DNA of 64,000 nt, taken from the NCBI GenBank assembly GCA_903886255.1, contig CAISLM010000072.1:18648-82647 (forward strand), given 5' to 3'. The position numbers and the translations under genes are program-made. How positions within the stretch are numbered: the first letter of the stretch is position 1; every line of letters starts with the position of its first letter. The notes beneath the pieces are model-generated. The model was given only the letters and a program-made list of their open reading frames with translations, had not been told where the DNA came from and ran no database searches. This document shows, in pieces, positions 38,548 through 46,948 of the stretch. Source of the stretch: Candidatus Collierbacteria bacterium. Its GTDB lineage: Bacteria; Patescibacteriota; Microgenomatia; UBA1400; MFAQ01.

Positions 38548-40260
38548 TCATTTAATTATATTATTAATTTGAATTGGTACTGTTTTAGCCTTAAAAGGAC
38601 TGAAATATTTTTCTCCAGACATAATTCTGGCAATTACCTCTCTTGGATTTAAATCTGTGAGTAGTTTGACCGCGAGTTCTTGCATTTCTTTCGGATCATT
38701 TTTATTTTTGAGGAAGTATTGATCTATTTCACAATTAAGATTACGAGCGACTGTTTCGGCATCGTCACGGGCTAACTTAAAGCAAAAATAATTAACCATA
38801 TTGGCGAAAATACTCATGAGGATTTCGCCTGAAACTTGCATGAGATATTGTTGGGCTAAAACAACAGTTAATCCAAATTTTCTGGCTTCGGACAATATTT
38901 GAATTAATGAAGGAGTTTGGACCACGGAAACTTCGTCTATTACAAGTATTACTTTTTTGTTGGTTAGTTTGGCCTGCATAATCGTAAAGACTTGGGCAAT
39001 AATGGCGCCTCCGATTATTTTGGTTATGTTGGTTCCAAGCTCTGTTTGTTTTATTGAAAGAGAAACCAAAAAGTTTTCATTTATTTCTTTTACCAGTCCT
39101 GTGGTTTGGGGAATATTGGAGATGAAATCCATTTCAGTGATCATATTCAGAATCGGTAAAATTGCATCGGCATAATGAGCGGTATTGATACTTTGGAATT
39201 CTGTTTCAAAGAATTTGAGGATATTACTATCAGTAACTTGTTTGAGTATTTCTTTTCGGCTCAAGGTATCTGTTAACAATACTTTTAGGTTTTTTAGAGT
39301 CATTTTATTTACGCCAAAAAGTAAGTTTAGGGAATATTTGAGAACTCTCTCAAGGGTTTGATTTCCCCTAATATCAAGAACAGTTGAGAATAGATCCATT
39401 GTCAGCTCAGTGGAAAGAGTTGCTTGTCCAACATTTACAAACAGGTTGGTCGCAATATTTTTGAAGTCAATTACTTTTCTGTTTCCGGTAATTGAAAGAT
39501 TTGAATCGATGCTCGCATGGGGGTCAATCAAAACAACACAATATTCTTGGCCAAATTTTTTGCATAAGTCTTCTATTAATAGTTTTATCAATACACTTTT
39601 TCCGCTTCCACTCTGCCCTATTATCAAAGAGTGACGCCAAAAATCGTAAGACCTGGTGGAAAATTTTTTATCTCCGGAAAGGCCTTTAACATCTAACATC
39701 CCATCGTCATCTAAAGAAAAATTTAAATTACTGGACGCCAGTACCGGTTTTACTTTGGAAATTTCTGAATTAATTGAACTAGTTAGATTAAAAGCTAAAA
39801 ATCCATAAATATGATTTGATGGCCAGATATTCGATTGTTTTTTTACGCCATTTTGTGTATAGGAAATCTTCATCACGGGAATATCTTTTAGAAGATTCCA
39901 TTTAGAAAGTTTGAAATCAACTCTAGTTATATCTTTTCCATCAAGACCTTTTTTTTCGAAGAGCTTAAGAAGATCGTCTCCGACCGGGAAAGAGATTAAG
40001 GATAACCCACCTGAAGGTTCATTTAACAGTGTTTTGTCTTTTTCTTGAATATCGCCGGAAAGATAAAACGGATATAACTTGCTATTAAGTAGATCTAGAT
40101 GTTTATCCGATTTTAAGTAAAAGTCAATTTTAGTACCATTTCTGACAACAACGCATCGGATGTGTCTTGTAGCTGTGAATATAGTATCGAATAAGCCTTT
40201 CCATTCTGAGGGGAGAATTTCCAATTTGAAAAAAGTCATCTCATACCACATAGATACCAT
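38548..40260 (-). CDS. HerA/FtsK-superfamily ATPase (DUF87-type, HerA-like)
   Basis: Walker A LIIGQSGSGKSV, Walker B VILVIDEVSVV, and the EARKFGLTVVLAQQ motif typical of the HerA/VirB4 clade. It has a ~230-aa N-terminal domain and no TM segments. Confidence 0.7.
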   Translation of the reverse strand: MVSMWYEMTFFKLEILPSEWKGLFDTIFTATRHIRCVVVRNGTKIDFYLKSDKHLDLLNSKLYPFYLSGDIQEKDKTLLNEPSGGLSLISFPVGDDLLKLFEKKGLDGKDITRVDFKLSKWNLLKDIPVMKISYTQNGVKKQSNIWPSNHIYGFLAFNLTSSINSEISKVKPVLASSNLNFSLDDDGMLDVKGLSGDKKFSTRSYDFWRHSLIIGQSGSGKSVLIKLLIEDLCKKFGQEYCVVLIDPHASIDSNLSITGNRKVIDFKNIATNLFVNVGQATLSTELTMDLFSTVLDIRGNQTLERVLKYSLNLLFGVNKMTLKNLKVLLTDTLSRKEILKQVTDSNILKFFETEFQSINTAHYADAILPILNMITEMDFISNIPQTTGLVKEINENFLVSLSIKQTELGTNITKIIGGAIIAQVFTIMQAKLTNKKVILVIDEVSVVQTPSLIQILSEARKFGLTVVLAQQYLMQVSGEILMSIFANMVNYFCFKLARDDAETVARNLNCEIDQYFLKNKNDPKEMQELAVKLLTDLNPREVIARIMSGEKYFSPFKAKTVPIQINNIIK

Positions 40261-40367
40261 CTTACCTGAGAATGATACAGTTTATCTAGTTAGTTTCTTC
40301 GGTTGTGACATGCCCACTGAACTGGCCAGAACCAAAATTTTAATTTTCGAGATATATAATAACTAAG

Positions 40368-41030
40368 ATGAAGTTTTTTATCTCATTGTTTATTATTGCT
40401 ACTGTAGGATTCTTTATATATCGTTTATCCTCCAAAAATTCCAATAAACAAAATAATAAGACGAGAAATAATCAAAAAGCAGTTTGGTTGACGATTGGAG
40501 TGGTTGTTTTCCTTTTTGGCTGCCTCATTTTTGTGATGTATAGATCGGCCACCGCTCCGGATACTCAATGTACAATTTCTCATAATACGTCCTCAATTCC
40601 ACCGACAGGTTTGAATACTGCTACCGATTACTTTAATCAAGGAAACTATGACTACGATATAGGAAATTGCGTTAAGGCTATTAGCGATTATTCGATATCA
40701 ATAATGCTTAATCCAACTATTGCGCAGGTTTACAATAACCGCGCATATACATTTATGCGGATGCAAGATTATAAGGATGCGTTGCCGGACTTGAATAAAG
40801 CACTAGCGCTAAATTCTAATTATGTTCAGGCTTTAATGAATAGAGGAGATATCCATAATTATTATTTTGAGATTGATAGAAAAAGTGCAATTGATGATTA
40901 CAAAAAGGTAATTAGTCTCGGAGGAATTCAGGGAACTAGTGTGTGCGGCCATTTATTTATGGCTGAACATAATGGTTGGAACTTAATGACAGTTTTGGAC
41001 TTTCCATTCCTGATGAACGAATGTAAGTAA
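40368..41030 (+). CDS. TPR-repeat protein with an N-terminal TM anchor
   Basis: TPR-like repeats (AISDYSISIMLNPTIAQVYNNRAYTFMRMQDYKDALPDLNKALALNSNYVQALMNRG). Confidence 0.6.
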   Translation: MKFFISLFIIATVGFFIYRLSSKNSNKQNNKTRNNQKAVWLTIGVVVFLFGCLIFVMYRSATAPDTQCTISHNTSSIPPTGLNTATDYFNQGNYDYDIGNCVKAISDYSISIMLNPTIAQVYNNRAYTFMRMQDYKDALPDLNKALALNSNYVQALMNRGDIHNYYFEIDRKSAIDDYKKVISLGGIQGTSVCGHLFMAEHNGWNLMTVLDFPFLMNECK

Positions 41031-41064
41031 TTCTGATTGATAACTACAAGGATATAATGAGGGG

Positions 41065-41742
41065 ATGAAGGATCTGAATAAAAAGTCTTTTGGTGGTTTG
41101 TTTTTTCTAGCAGTGGTAATGTTTTTATTTTTATTTGTGCCAGCTGGAACTATTAATTATTGGCAAGCTTGGGATTTTCTTGGTGTATTTTTTGGATCTT
41201 CTCTATGGATTACTCTTTATCTGATGAAAAATGACCCAGCTCTATTGGAAAAACGAGTTGATGCCGGACCGGGAGCAGAAAAAGAAAAGGTACAAAAGAT
41301 TATTCAGAGTATAGCTTCGTTAGGATTTATTTCAATGTTAGTTGTTCCCGGGCTTGATCATAGGTTTCATTGGTCAAATATTCCTATTCCCCTAGAGATA
41401 ATAGGGAGTTTCTTGGTGGCACTTGGGTTTTTAATAATATTTTTCGTTTTCAAACAAAATTCTTACGCTTCGGCAACGATTGAGACCGATTCAAAACAAA
41501 AAGTTGTATCCACAGGGCTATATGCGATAGTTCGCCACCCCATGTATATGGGGGCACTTTCTTTGTTTATAGGTATGTCACTTTCTCTCGGCTCGTGGTG
41601 GGATTTTTTTGTATACCTTCTGATAATGCCGGCGCTAATTTGGAGATTACTAGATGAAGAAAAATTTCTGGAAAGGAAATTGCTTGGATATAAGGAATAT
41701 AAAAATAAAGTAAGGTTTCATTTGATTCCGTTCGTTTGGTAG
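41065..41742 (+). CDS. Isoprenylcysteine carboxyl methyltransferase (ICMT)/phospholipid methyltransferase family membrane protein
   Basis: ICMT-family motif LYAIVRHPMYMGAL, and a C-terminal EE region. Confidence 0.7.
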   Translation: MKDLNKKSFGGLFFLAVVMFLFLFVPAGTINYWQAWDFLGVFFGSSLWITLYLMKNDPALLEKRVDAGPGAEKEKVQKIIQSIASLGFISMLVVPGLDHRFHWSNIPIPLEIIGSFLVALGFLIIFFVFKQNSYASATIETDSKQKVVSTGLYAIVRHPMYMGALSLFIGMSLSLGSWWDFFVYLLIMPALIWRLLDEEKFLERKLLGYKEYKNKVRFHLIPFVW

Positions 41743-41771
41743 TGGACAGGTAATATTTGGTAACATATATT

Positions 41772-41909
41772 ATGATCGTGAAGAAGAAAGAGGGATATTT
41801 CGTCCTTTCCGAGAAGACAAGACGGAATTTAGGCGGGCCGTATAAGAAGCGTGAGGAAGCAGTTAAGCGCTTGAGACAAGTAGAGTTTTTCAAACATCGG
41901 AAAAAATAG
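41772..41909 (+). CDS. Possible small basic protein (45 aa)
   Basis: An ATG...TAG ORF (MIVKKKEGYFVLSEKTRRNLGGPYKKREEAVKRLRQVEFFKHRKK) in an otherwise empty 180-bp gap. It is below the ORF-track cutoff and has a weak RBS. Confidence 0.25.
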   Translation: MIVKKKEGYFVLSEKTRRNLGGPYKKREEAVKRLRQVEFFKHRKK

Positions 41910-41925
41910 ATTTTCTTTCGGGAAA

Positions 41926-42264
41926 CTACTTAAGTGTCGCAATCATATCTTCTACTTCTTTTTTACCCTTCTCATATAATTCGTACTCTTTGGGATCCAG
42001 TTGTTTAAGTAATCTTAAAAATTCACCTGCATGGACCCGTTCTTCATTGGCGATGTCTACGAGTACTTTAATAGCCAATTCGTTGTCAGTAGATTCTGCC
42101 AGCTGGGTATAGACCTGAGTGGCTTCATATTCGGCTGCTATTGAAAACCTGATAGCTCTTATTAACTCGCTCGTGGATAATTTTCTGTCGTTTTTTAAAC
42201 CTGCGAAAGGTGTACCAAAGTTTGCCATATGTGTAATTATATATACAATTTTGTTTATTGACAA
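41926..42264 (-). CDS. Ferritin-like diiron-carboxylate family small protein (rubrerythrin/EncFtn-like)
   Basis: E-x-x-Y/H helix motifs (SIAAEYEATQVYTQLAE and ANEERVHAGEFLRLL). Confidence 0.5.
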   Translation of the reverse strand: MSINKIVYIITHMANFGTPFAGLKNDRKLSTSELIRAIRFSIAAEYEATQVYTQLAESTDNELAIKVLVDIANEERVHAGEFLRLLKQLDPKEYELYEKGKKEVEDMIATLK

Positions 42265-42296
42265 ACAACGAGTTAATCCGATGCTAGAATGATTAG

Positions 42297-42641
42297 GTGG
42301 AACCTCAAGAAACTATATCCGTTTGTAAATATTGTAAACAGCCGATATCCGCTGATGATATTTATTGTCCTCATTGCGGAAAAAAACTTAAAAATAAACC
42401 GGTGACAATGGGTTTCTGGCCATTAGTGTGGTTATTTATTTTGAGTATTTTTCTTCCACCACTCGGACTTGGCCTTACCATTAGATATATTAAGTCCCCC
42501 GAAAAGAACGCCCGTATTGTAGGTTGGATATCTTTAGTCGTCACAATACTGGCATCAATAGAGGCTGTAATTTTGTCAATTTCTGTTTTACAGACGATAA
42601 ATTCACAGGTAAATTCGCAACTTCAAAATTATCAGTTTTAG
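42297..42641 (+). CDS. Zinc-ribbon plus two-TM small membrane protein
   Basis: CKYCKQPISADDIYCPHCGKKL followed by two hydrophobic helices. Confidence 0.5.
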   Translation: MEPQETISVCKYCKQPISADDIYCPHCGKKLKNKPVTMGFWPLVWLFILSIFLPPLGLGLTIRYIKSPEKNARIVGWISLVVTILASIEAVILSISVLQTINSQVNSQLQNYQF

Positions 42642-42675
42642 TTACTTTTTTCCAAAGATATTTTTCCGGTATTTT

Positions 42676-43236
42676 TTAGCTTTCTAATTCTTGCCTATAT
42701 TCATCTTTGATATCTTTACTGTATCGCTCCAGAAGATGGTGAATTTTTGGGTCAATCGTGAACATACAATATGGTTGATTTTTATTCTTTTCGTAGTAAT
42801 TCTTATGATAATCTTCGGCAACGTAAAAATTTGTAAAGGGAATAATTTCGGTGACGATTGGGTCTTTGTAAACTTGTTCTTTGGAGAACTCCAGCTTTGA
42901 CCTTTCGGCAATTTCTTTTTGTTTTTCGTCGTGATAGAAAATAACAGATCTGTATTGATTGCCGAAATCATTGCCCTGTTGATTTATGGTCGTGGGGTTA
43001 TGAGTGTGCCAGAAAATATCCAAAATTTTTGAGAAAGAAATTTGATCAGGATCAAACTCAATTTGTATTGATTCTGCATGTCCTGTATTTCCATCACAGA
43101 CTTCCTCATAGGATGGATTTTGAGTGGTTCCACCGGCGTAACCAGGCATGACAGAAATAACTCCTTTTAATCTGGTAAATATTGCTTCGGTACACCAAAA
43201 GCAACCTCCCGCGAGTGTAGCAACTTCTTTAGTCAT
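42676..43236 (-). CDS. msrA: Peptide methionine sulfoxide reductase A
   Basis: GCFWC active site (MTKEVATLAGGCFWCTEAIF). The start is set at the Met at 43236; the ORF-track start at 43341 would overlap msrB. Confidence 0.85.
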   Translation of the reverse strand: MTKEVATLAGGCFWCTEAIFTRLKGVISVMPGYAGGTTQNPSYEEVCDGNTGHAESIQIEFDPDQISFSKILDIFWHTHNPTTINQQGNDFGNQYRSVIFYHDEKQKEIAERSKLEFSKEQVYKDPIVTEIIPFTNFYVAEDYHKNYYEKNKNQPYCMFTIDPKIHHLLERYSKDIKDEYRQELES

Positions 43237-43618
43237 GGATTGTATTAGGTAATTTTTGATCTTTGGCAACAAAACGAATAGAAAGAGAATTAACACAATG
43301 ACGTGTGTTTTTTTCTGTAAAGTTTTCCCCCTCGAAAACATGCCCTAAATGTGCCCCACAATTAGCACATTCTATCTCTGTTCGCATACCATCGGGATCT
43401 GATATTCGTTTTACGGCATTGGGAAAGTTTTCATCGAATGCAGGCCAACCACATTGTGCATCAAACTTGCTTTTGGAAGAAAAAAGAGGCGCGTTACATC
43501 TGCGACAAATGAACGTGCCCTCTTTGAAGAAGTTATCGTATTCTCCCGTAAATGGGGCTTCTGTTCCTTTATCCTCAATTACCTCTTTCTCTTCCGGTGA
43601 TAGATCGTAGTATTTCAT
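43229..43618 (-). CDS. msrB: Peptide methionine sulfoxide reductase B
   Basis: SelR motifs: CxxC...CxxC zinc site (RCNAPLF...CANCGAHLGHVF) and the RHCVNS catalytic region. Confidence 0.85.
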   Translation of the reverse strand: MKYYDLSPEEKEVIEDKGTEAPFTGEYDNFFKEGTFICRRCNAPLFSSKSKFDAQCGWPAFDENFPNAVKRISDPDGMRTEIECANCGAHLGHVFEGENFTEKNTRHCVNSLSIRFVAKDQKLPNTIHD

Positions 43619-43654
43619 AATTATATTTTTATTATAGTCATAAATTAGTATAAA

Positions 43655-44878
43655 ATGTTACATATGAATAGAATAGGATATATTCTGGCCGGAGTTGGAC
43701 TATTAGCTTTGGCAGGAATTGTTTATAGCCAAAAAAATCCTAATTACCAACAATCGTTGTATGTAAAAACAGTTTTAAAAAGTGACTCACCAAATATTGG
43801 AACAAATGGACCAATAACGAAAATATCTGTCGGGAAAATTCCCATATTTCCTCTTAATCTACCAACAGGTTTTGTGATTCATATCTTCGCTGTGGGGTTG
43901 GGAACGGCAAGAGATTTGCAATTCAGTCCGGGTGGAACACTTTTGGTCTCTAATCCTGACGCAGGAAACGTTTACGCACTTCCGGATAAAAATAACGATG
44001 GAGTAGCAGATAGTGTAAGGACTGTTATAAGTGGAGAGAATCGTCCTCATGGTTTGGCATTTTACCAGGGGAAATTATTTATAGCAGAAGTTGACAAAGT
44101 CGTTAGATATAGCTGGAACGAAACGACACTAACCGCTACAAAAGAAAAGGTGTTATTTTCGCTGCCGGAAAATTTAGATCACAATAATAGAACGATTGTC
44201 TTTGACAGTACAGGAAGATTGTTTGTGTCAGTTGGATCGACATGCAATGTGTGTAATGAATCTTCAATATTTTCGGGAACAATTGTTGTTTCCGATTCAA
44301 ATGGAAATAACCCGACAGTTTTTGCGAAGGGACAGCGCAATGCTCCTTTTATGCAAATTAATCCAACTAGCGGAGAACCATGGGCGACGGGGATGGGAAG
44401 AGATTACTTAGGGGACAATCTACCGCCGGATGAAATCAATATCGTTAAGCAGGGCGGCGATTACGGATGGCCAAATTGCTATGGAAACAAGGTTCCCGAT
44501 TATACATTTAACCCGGGAGCGAACTGCAGCAATACGATTTCGCCCATATATGAAATACCGGCTCACAATGCTCCGCTTGGTTTGGTATTTATTAACTCGG
44601 TTCAGTTCCCGAAAGATTGGCAGGGTGACTTACTGGTGGCTTATCATGGTTCTTGGAATAGTTCAGCGCCCGTAGGTTATAAAGTGGTTCATTTGAAAGT
44701 TAGCGGCAATACCATTACAAACTCGGATGATTTCATTACCGGTTTCATACCCGCAGGTGCACTCACAGGTGCAAACTCTTTTGGGAGACCTGTGGACCTG
44801 ACATTTGATTCAAAGGGTAACTTGTATCTTTCCGATGACAAGACGGGGAATATATATATTGTACAGAAAAGTATTTAA
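43655..44878 (+). CDS. PQQ-dependent soluble sugar (aldose/sorbosone) dehydrogenase-like beta-propeller protein
   Basis: Signal peptide, and YliI/SGDH-like motifs (GQRNAPFMQINPTSGEPWATGMGRDYLGDNLPPDEINIVKQGGDYGWPNCYG). Confidence 0.6.
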   Translation: MLHMNRIGYILAGVGLLALAGIVYSQKNPNYQQSLYVKTVLKSDSPNIGTNGPITKISVGKIPIFPLNLPTGFVIHIFAVGLGTARDLQFSPGGTLLVSNPDAGNVYALPDKNNDGVADSVRTVISGENRPHGLAFYQGKLFIAEVDKVVRYSWNETTLTATKEKVLFSLPENLDHNNRTIVFDSTGRLFVSVGSTCNVCNESSIFSGTIVVSDSNGNNPTVFAKGQRNAPFMQINPTSGEPWATGMGRDYLGDNLPPDEINIVKQGGDYGWPNCYGNKVPDYTFNPGANCSNTISPIYEIPAHNAPLGLVFINSVQFPKDWQGDLLVAYHGSWNSSAPVGYKVVHLKVSGNTITNSDDFITGFIPAGALTGANSFGRPVDLTFDSKGNLYLSDDKTGNIYIVQKSI

Positions 44879-44906
44879 AAATAATTAAGCTGATAAACTT
44901 AACTTT

Positions 44907-45209
44907 ATGATTTTTAGGGACAAAGTCTATCAAATCACAAAAGCGATTCCCAAGGGAAAGGTGGCAACGTATGGTCAAATAGCAAAATTGGCCGGAAAAG
45001 CTAAAGGTAGTCGGGCTGTGGGAACTTATATGAAAACAAATCCATTTGCACCAATTGTTCCCTGCCACAGAGTGGTTGGTTTTGATGGAAAGTTGACCGG
45101 GTATTCCGGTAATGGCGGACTGGCGACTAAAAGAAAAATGCTAATAGATGAAGGTGTAAAATTTTTGGGAAATAAAGTAGACATGCAAAATTCTTGGTGG
45201 AAAAAATGA
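44907..45209 (+). CDS. Methylated-DNA-[protein]-cysteine S-methyltransferase DNA-binding-domain protein (Ogt C-terminal domain)
   Basis: The active-site PCHRVV motif and HTH (ATYGQIAKLAGKAKGSRAVG). Confidence 0.7.
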   Translation: MIFRDKVYQITKAIPKGKVATYGQIAKLAGKAKGSRAVGTYMKTNPFAPIVPCHRVVGFDGKLTGYSGNGGLATKRKMLIDEGVKFLGNKVDMQNSWWKK

Positions 45210-45231
45210 ATCTCTCGTATATGATAGTGAT

Positions 45232-45855
45232 ATGGAGAAATTTAAAATTGGAATTGGCGGTTCAGCAGCCAATCCGCCACATTTGGGACACAAGCAATTA
45301 GTTCAGGGTTTGTTAGAAAGTGGACGATTTGATCAAATTTTCTGGATTCCTTCAGGGGTGCGACCGGATAAGGATGGTTTCGTGTCTCCCGATCATAGAG
45401 TAGCTATGACACTACTGACCTTCCCCACCGAATGGCTGTGGAAAGGAAAGACAAATTTTGTAATTAAATTCGATGACGTATACAAAGGAAATACCCCGAC
45501 GATCGAGGTGTTGGAACAATATAGAAAAATGTTTCCAACCGCTGAGATTTCTTGGTTTACAGGTGTAGACTCGGTAGAACCTCAAGATAGGTTTGAAGGC
45601 AAAAGTGAAATTCAAGCAGTCTGGGATAGGGGTGAAGAGCTATTTCATAATTATAATTTTTTTGTTCTAGCAAGACCAGGGTTTACAGACCCTAAAAGTT
45701 TCTCTTTACCAAAAAATTTTGAATTATCCAATATCCCGCAGCTAGATATTTCCAGTACGGATATCCGTAAGAAAATTCAAAACAGTGAATCTATTGAGGG
45801 TTTGGTGACAAAAGAAGTAGAGGAATATATAAAAAGAAATAATTTGTATAGATAA
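45232..45855 (+). CDS. nadD: Nicotinate/nicotinamide-nucleotide adenylyltransferase-like cytidylyltransferase
   Basis: HxGH nucleotidyltransferase motif (GGSAANPPHLGHKQL) and ISSTDIR (the NadD ISST/R motif). Confidence 0.6.
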   Translation: MEKFKIGIGGSAANPPHLGHKQLVQGLLESGRFDQIFWIPSGVRPDKDGFVSPDHRVAMTLLTFPTEWLWKGKTNFVIKFDDVYKGNTPTIEVLEQYRKMFPTAEISWFTGVDSVEPQDRFEGKSEIQAVWDRGEELFHNYNFFVLARPGFTDPKSFSLPKNFELSNIPQLDISSTDIRKKIQNSESIEGLVTKEVEEYIKRNNLYR

Positions 45856-45895
45856 GGTAGAATATCGGTATCTTAGTTCACTAAAAAGGAGAAGA

Positions 45896-46297
45896 ATGAA
45901 GGCACCTCTGCAGGCAATTGAAATTGCGCCCGATCCTCAGATCCGTTTAGATATTATTTTGGGAAAGAAAAAAATCACTATCCGCGAAGGCCACCGGGAT
46001 TACCGCGAAGGCCCGGTAATGCTTTGTACCCACATCTTTCCTTGGGCAGTAAAAACTACCATTACAAGCGTAAGGCATACGACTGTGGCCGAGGTAACAG
46101 AGGATGAATTTTGGGCCGATGGTTACGGAACCCGCATGGAAATGTTGAAGGACTTGAAGAAATTTTATCCAAGTCTTTCTATGAAATCTGCCGTTACCGT
46201 TATTTGCTGGGGAGATATACAGGAAGGATTCTATACCGACATAGATAACATTTATGCCTTTGCAAAGGAAAATAATCTGGATACTTCATATATTTAA
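45896..46297 (+). CDS. ASCH-domain-like protein
   Basis: ILGKKKITIREGHRDYREG resembles the ASCH core (LxGxKTxTxR). Confidence 0.4.
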   Translation: MKAPLQAIEIAPDPQIRLDIILGKKKITIREGHRDYREGPVMLCTHIFPWAVKTTITSVRHTTVAEVTEDEFWADGYGTRMEMLKDLKKFYPSLSMKSAVTVICWGDIQEGFYTDIDNIYAFAKENNLDTSYI

Positions 46298-46303
46298 GGA
46301 TAT

Positions 46304-46331
46304 AGCCAACGAGGAATCGTTGGCTTTTTTT
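46304..46331 (+). terminator. Rho-independent terminator
   Basis: AGCCAACGA-ggaa-TCGTTGGCT (9-bp stem, GGAA loop) followed by TTTTTTT. Confidence 0.75.
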
Positions 46332-46379
46332 CTGGATTGCCACGGCACTTTGTGCCTCGCAATGACGGATTGAGGAATT
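46331..46379 (+). repeat. Structured short repeat, family A, copy 1
   Basis: TCTGGATTGCCACGGCACTTTGTGCCTCGCAATGACGGATTGAGGAATT. About 86% identical to the copy at 55061-55109. It forms a nested hairpin (ATTGC...GCAAT outer, GGCAC/GTGCC inner). Confidence 0.6.
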
Positions 46380-46945
46380 TAAAAAATGTCTTCAGGAGGA
46401 AGAAATTCTTCGCCATTAGCAACCTGGGGTTTATATTCTGTTTTTAACCATTGGACGTAGTCGCAGCCAGTAGCCTGTTTCGCTTCCCTATCCCAACCTG
46501 AGGTGGAACATTTTTTCATCTTTTTACCGGCAGCTGTTGTATATAAAACTAGAGGCTCGCCGCATTTGGGACATTTTTCGTCCAGCTTTTCGGTGGTACC
46601 ATTGATCCATTCAACATAATCACAACCAGTGGCCTTTTTTGCTTCTTTATCCCAGCCGCCGGCACTGCATTTTTTCATTTTTTTACCAAAACGGGTGACT
46701 TGAAGAACTAGTGGTGAGCCGCATTTGGGACATTTTTCGTCAAGGGTTTGGGGTTCAACTTCGAGCCATTTAACGTAATCGCAGCCGTCGGTTTTGTGAG
46801 TTTCTGTATTCCAGACACCTTTTGAACAACGTCTGAGCCTTCTACCTGTTGGGGTTTCTGTAACTTCAGCGAGTGGTGAGCCGCATTTGGGACATTTTTC
46901 TTCTTCCATGGTTATTAGATTAACACATTTGATGCAAGAAACCAA
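46379..46945 (-). CDS. Protein of three tandem topoisomerase-type C4 zinc-ribbon repeats
   Basis: Three repeats of (E)KCPKCGxPL...(K)C...GW...TGCDYVxW, resembling zf-C4_Topoisom. It is the last gene of the gltX-containing minus-strand operon. Confidence 0.55.
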   Translation of the reverse strand: MVSCIKCVNLITMEEEKCPKCGSPLAEVTETPTGRRLRRCSKGVWNTETHKTDGCDYVKWLEVEPQTLDEKCPKCGSPLVLQVTRFGKKMKKCSAGGWDKEAKKATGCDYVEWINGTTEKLDEKCPKCGEPLVLYTTAAGKKMKKCSTSGWDREAKQATGCDYVQWLKTEYKPQVANGEEFLPPEDIF

Positions 46946-46948
46946 TCG

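Noticed and set aside
38548-40260. Type VII secretion EssC / conjugative coupling protein (TraG/VirD4) for the 570-aa ATPase
   Set aside because: It has a single ATPase domain and no TM segments. There are no FHA domains, no WXG100-like small genes, and no relaxase/T4SS genes nearby. HerA-like soluble ATPase fits better.
43229-43341. 112-bp msrA/msrB overlap implied by the ORF track
   Set aside because: The internal Met at 43236 (MTKEV...GCFWC) gives a canonical MsrA N-terminus and removes the overlap. The long N-terminal extension is hydrophobic read-through of the msrB 3' end in another frame.
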